The notes beneath the pieces are model-generated. The model was not told the origin of the DNA. It saw only the letters and a program-made list of their open reading frames with translations, and ran no database searches. From Alkalispirochaeta sp. (GTDB lineage Bacteria > Spirochaetota > Spirochaetia > DSM-27196 > Alkalispirochaetaceae), in assembly GCA_965242725.1 (NCBI GenBank), contig CBDESZ010000001.1, positions 1-64,000 on the forward strand: DNA of 64,000 nucleotides, given 5' to 3'. The translations under genes were made by a program, and so were the position numbers. This document shows positions 39,599-49,301 of the stretch, piece by piece (within the stretch, counting starts at the first letter, position 1; each line of letters starts with the position of its first letter).

Positions 39599-40546
39599 AG
39601 CTGTGGCACACTCCACATCGGTCACCAGGCGTTTCACGATGCCCGCGTTGAGCGCCGCTCTCAGGGCGTCTCCTTTCTTCGCTCCCGCGGCGGCGACGAT
39701 TACCTGCGGTATCGCTTCCAGCTCGGAGAAGGGTATGCCGAGAATTCTTCCGGCGATAGGATCATCGAGAACCCGGCCGGCGGAATCAAGAATGGTAAAA
39801 TTGGTGGCACATGCGCCGCCCCGTCTCCTGAGCGCCTCAAGCTCGCGGGATGAAAATATCCCGCTACGATACGCCGAAGTATCTTCATCCAGTCCGGAGA
39901 CGCTCATAATGGCGATGTCGAGCCCCCGCCACATCTCCCTGATAGAACGATAGTGACTGTCCCGTACCATGGAATCCCGGATTGACTGATCGTCCACGAC
40001 GGCAGGTATGTTCACCATATAGGCCGTCCCCGAGAGGTGGGCCGCAAACTCCCGGGCGATGCTGTTCGGGTAGATTCCGGTATCCACTTCTCCCATAGCG
40101 CCGATAATGGGAATGACCTTTACCTCATGTCCCTTTATGGAACCGAGATTTTCACCGATCGTCTTCAGGGTTACCCCCCAGCTCACCCCGACGGTATCGT
40201 TGGAATGAACAAGGCGCCTCAGAATATCCGTCATTGCATTCGCCATGTGCTGATAGGTCCGCTCAAGGGTGTCAAACTCCGGAACCACGACACATTCCTC
40301 CAAATCCCAGCGTCGTTCCAGAGCGGTTTCAAGTTCCCCCGCCCCTTCAAATGTTTCATCAATTCTGATCGTCACAATGCCTAGAACCCGGGCCCTCCGT
40401 AACGCCCGGGACACGGTGGCGATGCTGATTTTTAAACGGCGTGCGATGTGCTGCTGGCTAAGGTCTTCCAGGTAATAGAGTCGTGCGATTCTCGCAAGAT
40501 ATGAGCGATCTCTCTCGTCCGGTGCCGTTTGGCTGTTGGTTGACAT
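39584..40546 (-). CDS. SorC/LsrR/DeoR(Bs)-family sugar-binding regulator
   Basis: ARLYYLEDLSQQHIA...VSRALRRAR HTH; VGVSWGVT and LVTD motifs. Confidence 0.92.
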   Translation of the reverse strand: MSTNSQTAPDERDRSYLARIARLYYLEDLSQQHIARRLKISIATVSRALRRARVLGIVTIRIDETFEGAGELETALERRWDLEECVVVPEFDTLERTYQHMANAMTDILRRLVHSNDTVGVSWGVTLKTIGENLGSIKGHEVKVIPIIGAMGEVDTGIYPNSIAREFAAHLSGTAYMVNIPAVVDDQSIRDSMVRDSHYRSIREMWRGLDIAIMSVSGLDEDTSAYRSGIFSSRELEALRRRGGACATNFTILDSAGRVLDDPIAGRILGIPFSELEAIPQVIVAAAGAKKGDALRAALNAGIVKRLVTDVECATAVLQG

Positions 40547-40574
40547 ATACCACACCCTTCACTACAGTTATTAT

Positions 40575-40609
40575 TGTAATATATTTCTGTTGGTGTAAAT
40601 ATTTTCACA
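40575..40609. promoter_or_regulatory. Candidate SorC operator(s): TGTAATATATTTC and TGTAAATATTTTCACA
   Basis: AT-rich imperfect palindromes in the ~115 bp divergent gap. Confidence 0.45.
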
Positions 40610-40660
40610 CAAATCGGAAGACGACAAGTCCCCTGCAATGGCGGCAGGAAGAGGAATGGT

Positions 40661-41644
40661 ATGGCGGCAAAGAAAAAGAAGAGACCCGAGCTGACGGCAC
40701 AGAAATTACGGGACATGTATATGAAAATGGTATACACCCGCAAGTTTGAAGAAAAAGTTGCGTATTTTTTTTCCCGCGGAATGGTTCACGGTACGACCCA
40801 CCTTTACATAGGTGAAGAGGCTACCGCCGTCGGAGCGATCGCGAATCTTGACGATGAAGACTGGATTACCAGTACCCACAGGGGACATGGCCACACAATC
40901 GCAAAAGGCCTGGACATCGATAAAATGATGGCGGAACTCCTGGGAAAATCCACCGGGTACTGCAAGGGCAAGGGCGGGTCCATGCACATCTCCGATATTT
41001 CGAAGGGACACCTCGGCGCAAACGGTATCGTCGGCGGCGGCATTCCCATCGCAACCGGGGCGGGCATAACGGTGAAATCCCGAGCCAAGGACAATGTCGT
41101 AGTCTGTTTCTTTGGCGACGGCGCCATCAATGAAGGCACCTTCCATGAATCGCTCAACCTCGCCTCCATATGGAATCTTCCGGTCATATATATCTGTGAA
41201 AACAACCAGTACGGGATGTCGATGAGCCAGAAGCGGGCGACCAATATCGACGACCTGTCCGTGAGGGCCCGGTCATATGGTATTCCGGGAGTGCGCATTG
41301 ACGGAAACGACGTCTTCGAAGTGTATGATGCCGTGAAAACGGCAAAAGACCACGTCCGGAAGAACGGTCCCTATCTGATCATTTCGGAAACATATCGATA
41401 TATGGGACATTCAAAAAGTGACGCCAACCGGTATCGTACCAAGGAAGAAATCAACGAATGGAAAAAACGGGACCCCATTCCCAGGATGCGCCATTATCTG
41501 GAGGAAAACGGTATCTTCTCCTCCGATGAACTGGATGCCATGGAACGGCAGGCGTCCGAGGATATCGAGAAAGCCGTCGAATTTGCCCAAAACAGCCCCG
41601 ACCCCGATCCTGCGGAACTTCCCGACGACGTTTACGCGGTGTAA
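40661..41644 (+). CDS. acoA: TPP-dependent dehydrogenase E1 alpha (acetoin/pyruvate dehydrogenase type)
   Basis: [28 protein letters not shown] and YRYMGHS motifs. Confidence 0.85.
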   Translation: MAAKKKKRPELTAQKLRDMYMKMVYTRKFEEKVAYFFSRGMVHGTTHLYIGEEATAVGAIANLDDEDWITSTHRGHGHTIAKGLDIDKMMAELLGKSTGYCKGKGGSMHISDISKGHLGANGIVGGGIPIATGAGITVKSRAKDNVVVCFFGDGAINEGTFHESLNLASIWNLPVIYICENNQYGMSMSQKRATNIDDLSVRARSYGIPGVRIDGNDVFEVYDAVKTAKDHVRKNGPYLIISETYRYMGHSKSDANRYRTKEEINEWKKRDPIPRMRHYLEENGIFSSDELDAMERQASEDIEKAVEFAQNSPDPDPAELPDDVYAV

Positions 41645-41655
41645 TGGAGAAACCA

Positions 41656-42642
41656 ATGAGTCAACGAGAAATCACCTACGCAGAAGCGATCAAGGAAGCG
41701 ATGAGCGAGGAAATGCGTCGTGATCCCGATGTATTTTTCATGGGCGAGGACATCGGAGTGTATGGCGGAGCCTTCGGTGTCTCGGTAGGTATGATCGAGG
41801 AATTCGGTGAAGATCGCGTCCGTGATACGCCGATCAGCGAAGCGGGCATTATCGGCGCCGCCGCCGGAGCCGCAGCGACGGGTAGTCGCCCCATTGCGGA
41901 AATACAGTTCAGCGATTTTATAAGCATCGGAATCGATCAGCTCGGCAACCAGGCGGCGAAGATGCGATATATGTTCGGCGGTCACGCGACGGTACCGATG
42001 GTAGTGCGAGCACCGGCCGGATCGGGAACGGGTGCGGCGGCACAGCATTCCCAGAGTCAGGAAGCGTGGTATTGCCATATACCGGGGTTGAAGGTGGTAA
42101 CACCCTCTACTCCCTACGATGCCAAGGGACTTCTGAAATCGGCGATTCGGGACGACAATCCCGTGGTCTTCCTGGAGCAGAAACTGCTCTATCGGAAAAA
42201 AGGACCCGTACCTGAGGAAGAATACACAATCCCGCTGAGCGTCGGTGATGTAAAACGGGAGGGTACGGATTTGACGATCGTCACCTGGGGACGCATGGTC
42301 CCGATGGTGCTTGAGGTCGCGGAAAAAATAGGATCCGAGAAAGGCTACTCAATCGAAGTAGTCGATCCCCGTACCCTCATGCCCCTTGATGCAAAAATTA
42401 TCATAGACTCCGTGAAAAAGACGGGTCGGGCCATGGTCGTACATGAAGCGGTCAAGACCGGCGGATATGGCGGAGAGATTGCGGCGATCATCGCCGACTC
42501 GGAAGCATTCTTCTATCTCGATGCCCCGATACGCAGGGTGGCGGGACTCGATGTACCCATTCCCTACAACCCGGAACTTGAACGGAACGCCGTACCAACG
42601 CATGCAATCATTGAGACCAACATCCTGGAACTACTGGATTAG
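41656..42642 (+). CDS. acoB: TPP-dependent dehydrogenase E1 beta
   Basis: GEDIG, DTPISE, AAQHSQS and [16 protein letters not shown] motifs. Confidence 0.85.
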   Translation: MSQREITYAEAIKEAMSEEMRRDPDVFFMGEDIGVYGGAFGVSVGMIEEFGEDRVRDTPISEAGIIGAAAGAAATGSRPIAEIQFSDFISIGIDQLGNQAAKMRYMFGGHATVPMVVRAPAGSGTGAAAQHSQSQEAWYCHIPGLKVVTPSTPYDAKGLLKSAIRDDNPVVFLEQKLLYRKKGPVPEEEYTIPLSVGDVKREGTDLTIVTWGRMVPMVLEVAEKIGSEKGYSIEVVDPRTLMPLDAKIIIDSVKKTGRAMVVHEAVKTGGYGGEIAAIIADSEAFFYLDAPIRRVAGLDVPIPYNPELERNAVPTHAIIETNILELLD

Positions 42643-42651
42643 GAGCAGCCC

Positions 42652-43989
42652 ATGGCAACGGAAATCATCATGCCCAAAGCCGGTATGGCAATGGAACGGG
42701 GAACGATAATCCAGTGGTTCAAAGCGCCGGGTGAATGGATTGAAGCGGGAGAGCCTCTCCTTGAAATTGAGACCGACAAAGTCGCCATGGAAGTCGAGGC
42801 CGAAGTCTCGGGTTATCTGCTGTCGACGCTCTATAACGAAGGCGACGAGGTAGAGGTCATTACCACCATCGGCTATCTCGGGGAAAAAGGGGAGGTCCCG
42901 CCGGCGGATGCGGATTCCGGAGAATCCGGTTCAGACGCCCCTCCATCATCGAAGGAGGTCTACCATGCGAAGGGCTCCGGCGGCGATTCCGCATCCCGCG
43001 TAAAGGCTACCCCGGCCGCCCGATCGCTTGCACGGGAAGCGGGGGTAGAACTCCCGTCGCTGAACGGCACAGGCAAATGGGGTGAAATACGACGCAGAGA
43101 CGTTGAAGCGGCCCGGTCACGTGAACCCGGTATGGCACGGCCGTCGGAAGATCGCATCTCCCCGCTGGCACGGACGCTGGCGGAACAACACAACATAGAC
43201 ACCGCCGCTCTCTCCGGCAGTGGTCCCGCAGGCCGTATCGTCAAGCAGGACGTCCTGTCCGCGATAACACGGAGAGATGAAGCGAAGGCTGCCGCCCCGG
43301 AAGGCGGTCGTCCCGACATCTCCCGACCTCTCACCGCCATGAGGAGAAGGATATCCCGGCGCATGACGGAGAGCCACCACACCGTTCCGCCGGTGACGCT
43401 GCACAAGAAAATCGACGTGACGTCTCTGTTGGCATTGCGGCAACGGGTCAACGCGGAACTTGATGAAGCGATATCTCTCACCTCGTATTTCGTACGTGCC
43501 GTCGCTCTTGCACTGGTAGAAGCCCCGTATATGCGTACCGCACTCGATGAAAACGGGCTTGTAGAACGAGGAAACATCGATATCGGTGTCGCCGTCGCTC
43601 TGAAAGAAGGACTGATCGTCCCCGTTCTGCGTACGGTCGATACCCTTTCAGTAAAGGAAATTCATCATCGTTCAAAGGACCTCTTCGGACGAGCCCGGGA
43701 GGGAAGACTCAATCCTGATGAACTGAACGGCGCCGTCTTTTCCATTACAAACCTGGGCATGTACGGTATTTCATCTTTCACACCCATCATCAACCCGCCG
43801 GAAACGGCGATTCTCGGCATCAACAGCGCGGAGGATGAACTCTTCCTCCAGGACGGAGAGGTCCGTTCACGCAAGGTGCTGACCCTCAGCCTCACCATCG
43901 ATCATCGGGTCATCGACGGTGCCCAGGGTGCGATGTTTCTGCAGGAACTTGAGACGCTGTTCAACCGACCGATGCGATTGCTTGTATGA
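42652..43989 (+). CDS. acoC: Dihydrolipoamide acyltransferase E2 (one lipoyl domain, two subunit-binding domains)
   Basis: ETDKV lipoyl Lys; two PSBD repeats; DHRVIDG catalytic motif. Confidence 0.88.
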   Translation: MATEIIMPKAGMAMERGTIIQWFKAPGEWIEAGEPLLEIETDKVAMEVEAEVSGYLLSTLYNEGDEVEVITTIGYLGEKGEVPPADADSGESGSDAPPSSKEVYHAKGSGGDSASRVKATPAARSLAREAGVELPSLNGTGKWGEIRRRDVEAARSREPGMARPSEDRISPLARTLAEQHNIDTAALSGSGPAGRIVKQDVLSAITRRDEAKAAAPEGGRPDISRPLTAMRRRISRRMTESHHTVPPVTLHKKIDVTSLLALRQRVNAELDEAISLTSYFVRAVALALVEAPYMRTALDENGLVERGNIDIGVAVALKEGLIVPVLRTVDTLSVKEIHHRSKDLFGRAREGRLNPDELNGAVFSITNLGMYGISSFTPIINPPETAILGINSAEDELFLQDGEVRSRKVLTLSLTIDHRVIDGAQGAMFLQELETLFNRPMRLLV

Positions 43990-44019
43990 TCGCATGAACA
44001 CAACTCATTTGGAGGACAC

Positions 44020-44853
44020 GTGGACCTGACACAAAACGCGATGGGGATTTACGAGAAAGCACTTCCGCCTTTCTCCCGATGGGAAGAAGCGCTGGAGTGC
44101 ACCCGCCGCTGCGGCTACGATTTCCTTGAACTTTCTATCGATGAATCGGAAGCACGACTCGACCGACTCCACTGGAATGAGCGGGAACGGAACAACCTGA
44201 AACGGGCGATACTCGACACAGGCGTGCCCGTCCGTCACCTTTGCCTCAGTGGACATCGTCGGTTTCCCTTCGCCTCGGAGGATTCATCCGTGCGGAACCG
44301 CGCATGGGATATGATGAAGCGGGGTATCGATCTGGCGGCGGAAATCGGCGTTCGGGTCATTCAGACTCAGGGGCACGACGTCTACTATGAAACCAGCACG
44401 GCCGCGACGTGGCAACGGTATCTCGACGCCCTCGTGGACGCATCGGAACTCGCCCGGAGTGCTTCGGTCATGCTGGCACTTGAAAATGCCGACGTTGCCA
44501 GCGTCGGTTCGCCGGACCAGGCCAGGGCAATTGTCGAACACGTCGGAAATCCCTGGTTCCAGATGTATCCCGACATCGGGAACACCGTTGCCCACGGATA
44601 TCGCGTCGCCGATGAGCTCGCCTTATCCCTCCGCCACATCGTAGCGGTCCATGTCAAGGATGCCCGTCCCGGCGAGTTCAGGCGGGTGCCGTTCGGCGAG
44701 GGAATTGTCCCGTTTGAAGAGGCGTTTCATGCCCTCGCGGAGCATCACTATCGCGGTCCATTTGTCATTGAGATGTGGAACGAGGAAAGCCCCGATCCGG
44801 AAGCGGTCATCAGGGATGCCCGCGACTGGGTTCTCCGGCGGATGGCGGGATGA
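44020..44853 (+). CDS. ulaE: L-ribulose-5-P 3-epimerase / L-xylulose-5-P 3-epimerase (UlaE/SgbU family)
   Basis: GIYEKALP, ELSIDES..RL.RL.W, CLSGHRRFP, YPDIGN and IEMW motifs. Confidence 0.88.
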   Translation: MDLTQNAMGIYEKALPPFSRWEEALECTRRCGYDFLELSIDESEARLDRLHWNERERNNLKRAILDTGVPVRHLCLSGHRRFPFASEDSSVRNRAWDMMKRGIDLAAEIGVRVIQTQGHDVYYETSTAATWQRYLDALVDASELARSASVMLALENADVASVGSPDQARAIVEHVGNPWFQMYPDIGNTVAHGYRVADELALSLRHIVAVHVKDARPGEFRRVPFGEGIVPFEEAFHALAEHHYRGPFVIEMWNEESPDPEAVIRDARDWVLRRMAG

Positions 44854-44901
44854 CGGGCCACAGCGACGGCCGGTATGTACCGACCGATCAACACCGTCGG
44901 T

Positions 44902-45711
44902 TCAGCTCCCCCGGGCCTCCCGGACTGCTCCCATAAATGCCTTGACCCGCTCAGGATCTACTTCGTTCCAGATGTATCCATCCCTCTTTAATGCCGTTCC
45001 GACAATGGCACCATCGGCAACCGACAGCTGTTCCGCGACGTTTGAAATTCTCACTCCCGTGTTGGCAAACACCGCCGTATCAGGAACGGCATCTTTCACG
45101 ATACGAAGCTGCTCCGCCGACGTTTCCGCTCCGGCGGTCAGTCCCGATACGCACAGGCCGTCAGGCTCCGCGTTGAAGACTGTTGACTTCGCAATGTCCC
45201 GCAACGAGCGGTTTCCGATGTACGCTGCCGCCTCGGGGACGATATTGAAGAGGAGTCGGACATGTTCTCCCGATATCGCCGCACGATGCCGAACGACCTC
45301 ACCGCAATTTGTATTCCACATGCCGAAATCACTGCCATACACGCCGGTGAAAATCTCCCGGACAAATCCCGCTCCCGTTGCAACCGCCAGATCGATACTT
45401 GCCGCGGGATCCCAGAGAACATTCACACCGAAGGGGATGTCTATTTCGCCCTTCAGCTCACCGATCACCCGCGCCATTGCCGCGGTGGTAATCGTCTCTA
45501 CCTTTGTCAGATAGGGCAAACTTGACTCGTTGGAAAGCATAATAGCATCCACACCGCCCTTTTGCAGTCCTTCCAGTTCCCTTTTCACAAAATCGACAAC
45601 TCCCTGCATACCCTTTGCCCGATCATACTTCGGGTCTCCCGGTAATGCGGGCATATGGCACATAGCGATCACCGGTTTACGTGTACCCAACTCATTCTGC
45701 AACCACTGCAT
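44902..45711 (-). CDS. sgcQ: BtpA/SgcQ family TIM-barrel protein
   Basis: IAMCHMPALPGDP.YD, SNESSLPY, PFGVNVLWD, VSGLTAG and ANTGV motifs. Confidence 0.9.
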   Translation of the reverse strand: MQWLQNELGTRKPVIAMCHMPALPGDPKYDRAKGMQGVVDFVKRELEGLQKGGVDAIMLSNESSLPYLTKVETITTAAMARVIGELKGEIDIPFGVNVLWDPAASIDLAVATGAGFVREIFTGVYGSDFGMWNTNCGEVVRHRAAISGEHVRLLFNIVPEAAAYIGNRSLRDIAKSTVFNAEPDGLCVSGLTAGAETSAEQLRIVKDAVPDTAVFANTGVRISNVAEQLSVADGAIVGTALKRDGYIWNEVDPERVKAFMGAVREARGS

Positions 45712-45715
45712 TCAG

Positions 45716-46507
45716 TTACTCCTTTATGCCGTCGCCTCTGCCGGCAACGATGACTTCTATTCCCTGCTCCTCGAGCTGCTTTCCAAATTCATGCCCCGGG
45801 ACCTTGTCCGTCACGAGCACATCTATCTCATTGAGCGCCGCCACACTGCACAGGGCGGTCTTATCGAACTTCGTGGAGTCGACGAGGACTATAACCTGAC
45901 CGGCGGACGCTATCATCGCCCTCTTGACCGCGGCGTCCTCGATATTGTACTCGGTAAGTCCCGTCGTCGTGGAAAATCCCGCAACCGAGAGAAAAAGCTT
46001 ATCCACGTGAAACTGGCGAAATGCCGCAATCGCAAGATCACCGGTCAGAGAAAACTCACCGGGCCGTATGACACCTCCGCTTACCACGACCAAATATGAC
46101 GGGTTTTCGCTCAGCTCCCTGCCGATTGTCATACTGGGAGTTACGACGATGAGATTCAGGTCGACGGCATCCCGCAGCGCCTCGGCGAGATACATCATTG
46201 TTGTACCGACATCGATTGCCACCGAATCACCGGGTCGGATAAGAGACAGCGCCGCCGCGGCTATTTCACGCTTTTCCTCAACCTGTTCTGAATAGCGGGT
46301 CGCGACCGTCGGTTCGAAGCTGCGTTGCGCCTTTCGGATCGCACCTCCGTATATGCGCCGGGCGTAGCCCAACCGTTCAAGTTCCGCCAGGTCCCGGCGA
46401 ACGGTCATTCCGGAGACACCGATTTCCGAAGCCAGTTCCCCGACGGACACGGTGTGCTCTTCCGCAAGTCGACGGGCGATAATTGACCGACGTTTCTGAA
46501 CGTCCAT
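45716..46507 (-). CDS. DeoR/GlpR-family transcriptional regulator
   Basis: MTVRRDL..L...GGA HTH; DVGTT and DSTKF. Confidence 0.93.
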   Translation of the reverse strand: MDVQKRRSIIARRLAEEHTVSVGELASEIGVSGMTVRRDLAELERLGYARRIYGGAIRKAQRSFEPTVATRYSEQVEEKREIAAAALSLIRPGDSVAIDVGTTMMYLAEALRDAVDLNLIVVTPSMTIGRELSENPSYLVVVSGGVIRPGEFSLTGDLAIAAFRQFHVDKLFLSVAGFSTTTGLTEYNIEDAAVKRAMIASAGQVIVLVDSTKFDKTALCSVAALNEIDVLVTDKVPGHEFGKQLEEQGIEVIVAGRGDGIKE

Positions 46508-46510
46508 TGC

Positions 46511-46582
46511 TGTTCAATCTACCGTCAATAATGTTCAATTGCAACACCTTTCGTTGACGCCTACCCCCCCCCGTGGTACAGT
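46511..46582. promoter_or_regulatory. Divergent promoter region: TGTTCAAT direct repeats (46511, 46532) and TTGACG-17 bp-TACAGT promoter with C9 in the spacer
   Basis: -35 at 46554-59, extended TG at 46574-75, -10 at 46577-82, C9 at 46564-72. Confidence 0.65.
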
Positions 46583-46589
46583 TTTCGGA

Positions 46590-48161
46590 GTGGCACATAC
46601 ACATTCAGATCGACGATTCACCCTCGGAATAGACGTGGGAACGTATTCGTCTAAGGGCGTCCTCACCGGAGACGACGGTACCGTGCTTGTGGAAGCCCAC
46701 ACACCCCATGAAATGACAATTCCCCGTCCCGGCTACGCCGAGCACGATGCCGACGACGTGTGGTGGCGGGATTTCCAGATATTGAGCCGACGCATTCTGG
46801 AGCAGGCAGCCGCGGATCACGCCATAAGACCCGATCAGATAGCCGCGATAGGCGTCAGCGGAATCGGTCCCTGTGTCCTTCCCGTCGACATTGAAGGGAA
46901 ACCGCTCCGTCCCGCCATACTCTACGGTGTTGACGGACGGGCTCAGCGGCAGATCGATGACCTGAATGCCCGAATAGGTGCGGAGAAAATCAGACTGGAA
47001 GCGGGGTCCGATCTTTCGTCCCAATCCGCGGGACCGAAAATTCTGTGGATCCGGGAACATGAACCGGAGATTTGGAAACGGACGTGGAAGATAATGACCT
47101 CCACAACCTATCTCGTTTACCGTCTCACCGGCGCGGCCGTCATTGACCACTACACCGCCGCATTTTATGGCCCCCTTTACGATATCCGGCGTCAACGATG
47201 GTCGGATGGGATGGGTGACCTGATCTGTCCGACGACGATGCTGCCCGAATTGCGGTGGACCGCGACGGTGGCGGGCACCGTCACTTCCGAGGCCGCCGCC
47301 CTGACGGGTTTGGCGCCGGGTACACCGGTGATTACCGGTACCGCCGACGCCGGCAGCGAGGCAATCAGCGCCGGCGTCGTCTCTCCCGGCCAAACGATGC
47401 TCATGTACGGGAGCTCCATGTTCATCATTTCCGTCAGAGACAAGCTCGAAAGCGGCGGCATTTTCTGGCCCGCGCCGTTCCTCTTCCCGGGAACTTTTGC
47501 CCTTGCCGCGGCAATGTCCACCGCCGGCTCCCTGACTACCTGGTTTCGGGATACCCTGGGCGAATCGGAGCGAAAAGGGGAAGCGGATAGGGGAACTTCC
47601 GCATATGAGGCGCTGGCCGATGAGGCGGCACGGGTTCCTGCAGGGTCCGACGGCGTCCTTGCGCTACCCTACTTTTCCGGAGAGCGGACACCCATAAATG
47701 ATCCCGATGCGAGAGGGGCATTTGTGGGCCTCAATCTGCGTACCACAAAAGCACATCTCTACCGGGCCCTTCTGGAAAGCGTGGGGTATGGGATACGGCA
47801 TAACCTCGAGGCCATGGCCGAATCGGGGCTGGGTGTCGGCGAGTTGACCGCTGTCGGTGGAGGAACGAAAAACCGCACATGGATACGCATCGTCAACGAT
47901 ATCCTCGGGCGTCCTCAGATCGTCCGGGCGACCATCGGTGCCGCCTTCGGTGATGCCGTTCTTGCCGCCATCGGGGTGGGCGTCCTTCCCGGCCCGGAAG
48001 CGATCGAGGATTGGTTGGCTCCTGCGGAAACAACGGACTACGATGAACGGGCAACACCCGTCTATGACGAGTATTTTCGCTTGTACAAGGATCTCTACAC
48101 CCAAACCGTCGACGTAATTCACGGTCTGGGAAAACTGACGACGGAAGGTGGAAACCAATGA
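46590..48161 (+). CDS. FGGY-family carbohydrate kinase (xylulokinase-like)
   Basis: GIDVGTYSSK, PKILWI, GTADA, LPYFSGERTP and VGGG motifs. Confidence 0.92.
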   Translation: MAHTHSDRRFTLGIDVGTYSSKGVLTGDDGTVLVEAHTPHEMTIPRPGYAEHDADDVWWRDFQILSRRILEQAAADHAIRPDQIAAIGVSGIGPCVLPVDIEGKPLRPAILYGVDGRAQRQIDDLNARIGAEKIRLEAGSDLSSQSAGPKILWIREHEPEIWKRTWKIMTSTTYLVYRLTGAAVIDHYTAAFYGPLYDIRRQRWSDGMGDLICPTTMLPELRWTATVAGTVTSEAAALTGLAPGTPVITGTADAGSEAISAGVVSPGQTMLMYGSSMFIISVRDKLESGGIFWPAPFLFPGTFALAAAMSTAGSLTTWFRDTLGESERKGEADRGTSAYEALADEAARVPAGSDGVLALPYFSGERTPINDPDARGAFVGLNLRTTKAHLYRALLESVGYGIRHNLEAMAESGLGVGELTAVGGGTKNRTWIRIVNDILGRPQIVRATIGAAFGDAVLAAIGVGVLPGPEAIEDWLAPAETTDYDERATPVYDEYFRLYKDLYTQTVDVIHGLGKLTTEGGNQ

Positions 48162-49273
48162 CCTTCGGCATGGGTAACCCGAAATGGTACGACGTTGCCC
48201 GGGTGCTGGTTGACTACGCCACCGGCGTTCAACCAGACGACAAAGTCCTCATTATCATGAGGGAACCCGACACATTTCCCGCGGTCAGAGCGGTCCATCG
48301 ACGTGCCGTGGAAAAGGGGGCACACGTGCAGACCCTCTTTTACTCGATTCTTCTCCAGCGGGATCTTCTCAGAAACGGAACCGACCTCCAGGTATCGGCT
48401 GTTCCGGAACTCTGGCGGGAAGCAATGCACTGGGCCGACGTGTGCATCGATCTGCGGGGAGCCCGGAACCTCTCCGAGTTTGCCGATATCCCCAGTGCCC
48501 GCGTCGCGGCGATGCGGAAAGCGGAGGGCGTCATATCGTCACTCAGGACGTCCCGGACACGCTGGACTCTTCTGCGCATACCCAACGAATCCTTCGCGCA
48601 GCAGGCGGGTATGAGCAGCGACGGGATTGAGGAACTCCTCTTTCGGGCGGTCCTCCAGGACTGGGAGTCCGAATCGGCGACGTACCGGCGGATGAGGGAC
48701 AGGTTTACAGGAACGAAAGATGTACACATAGTCGGGACCGATACGGACCTCCGTTTTTCGACGGAAAACCGAAACTATATTGTCGACGACGGTCACATTA
48801 ATATGCCCGGGGGCGAGGTGTTTACCTCACCCGTCGAGGATTCTGTGAATGGTGAAATCTTTTTCGAACATCCCGGTGTCTTCGCGGGAACGCTGATGGA
48901 GGATATCCGACTGCGCTTTCGGGACGGGATTGTTGTCGACGCATCCGCCGGCACGAATGAAACATTTCTGCACCAGCTCCTGGATATGGACTCAGGTTCC
49001 CGACGGGTCGGCGAGTTCGGCATCGGCACAAACCGGGAGATCACCACGTTTTGCAACGATATTCTCATTGACGAGAAGATCCTGGGAACCGTCCATATCG
49101 CACTCGGACGCTCCTATGCGGAATGCGGCGGCGCCAACCAGTCCGCCCTCCACTGGGATATTGTCAAGGATCTCCGCCAGAACGGTGAAATTACTATGGA
49201 TGGGGTACCGCTCTTCCGCGACGGGAGGTGGCAACTCTTTGATGGCGAAACGTCGCATAGACCGGTAGAATAG
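48158..49273 (+). CDS. M29 (AmpS/AmpT) family aminopeptidase
   Basis: NMPGGEVFTSP, GEFGIG, DEKILGTVHIALG and SALHWD motifs; ATGA overlap with the kinase. Confidence 0.9.
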   Translation: MTFGMGNPKWYDVARVLVDYATGVQPDDKVLIIMREPDTFPAVRAVHRRAVEKGAHVQTLFYSILLQRDLLRNGTDLQVSAVPELWREAMHWADVCIDLRGARNLSEFADIPSARVAAMRKAEGVISSLRTSRTRWTLLRIPNESFAQQAGMSSDGIEELLFRAVLQDWESESATYRRMRDRFTGTKDVHIVGTDTDLRFSTENRNYIVDDGHINMPGGEVFTSPVEDSVNGEIFFEHPGVFAGTLMEDIRLRFRDGIVVDASAGTNETFLHQLLDMDSGSRRVGEFGIGTNREITTFCNDILIDEKILGTVHIALGRSYAECGGANQSALHWDIVKDLRQNGEITMDGVPLFRDGRWQLFDGETSHRPVE

Positions 49274-49301
49274 AGCATCGCGTTCACTGGAGGAGGTATA
49301 C

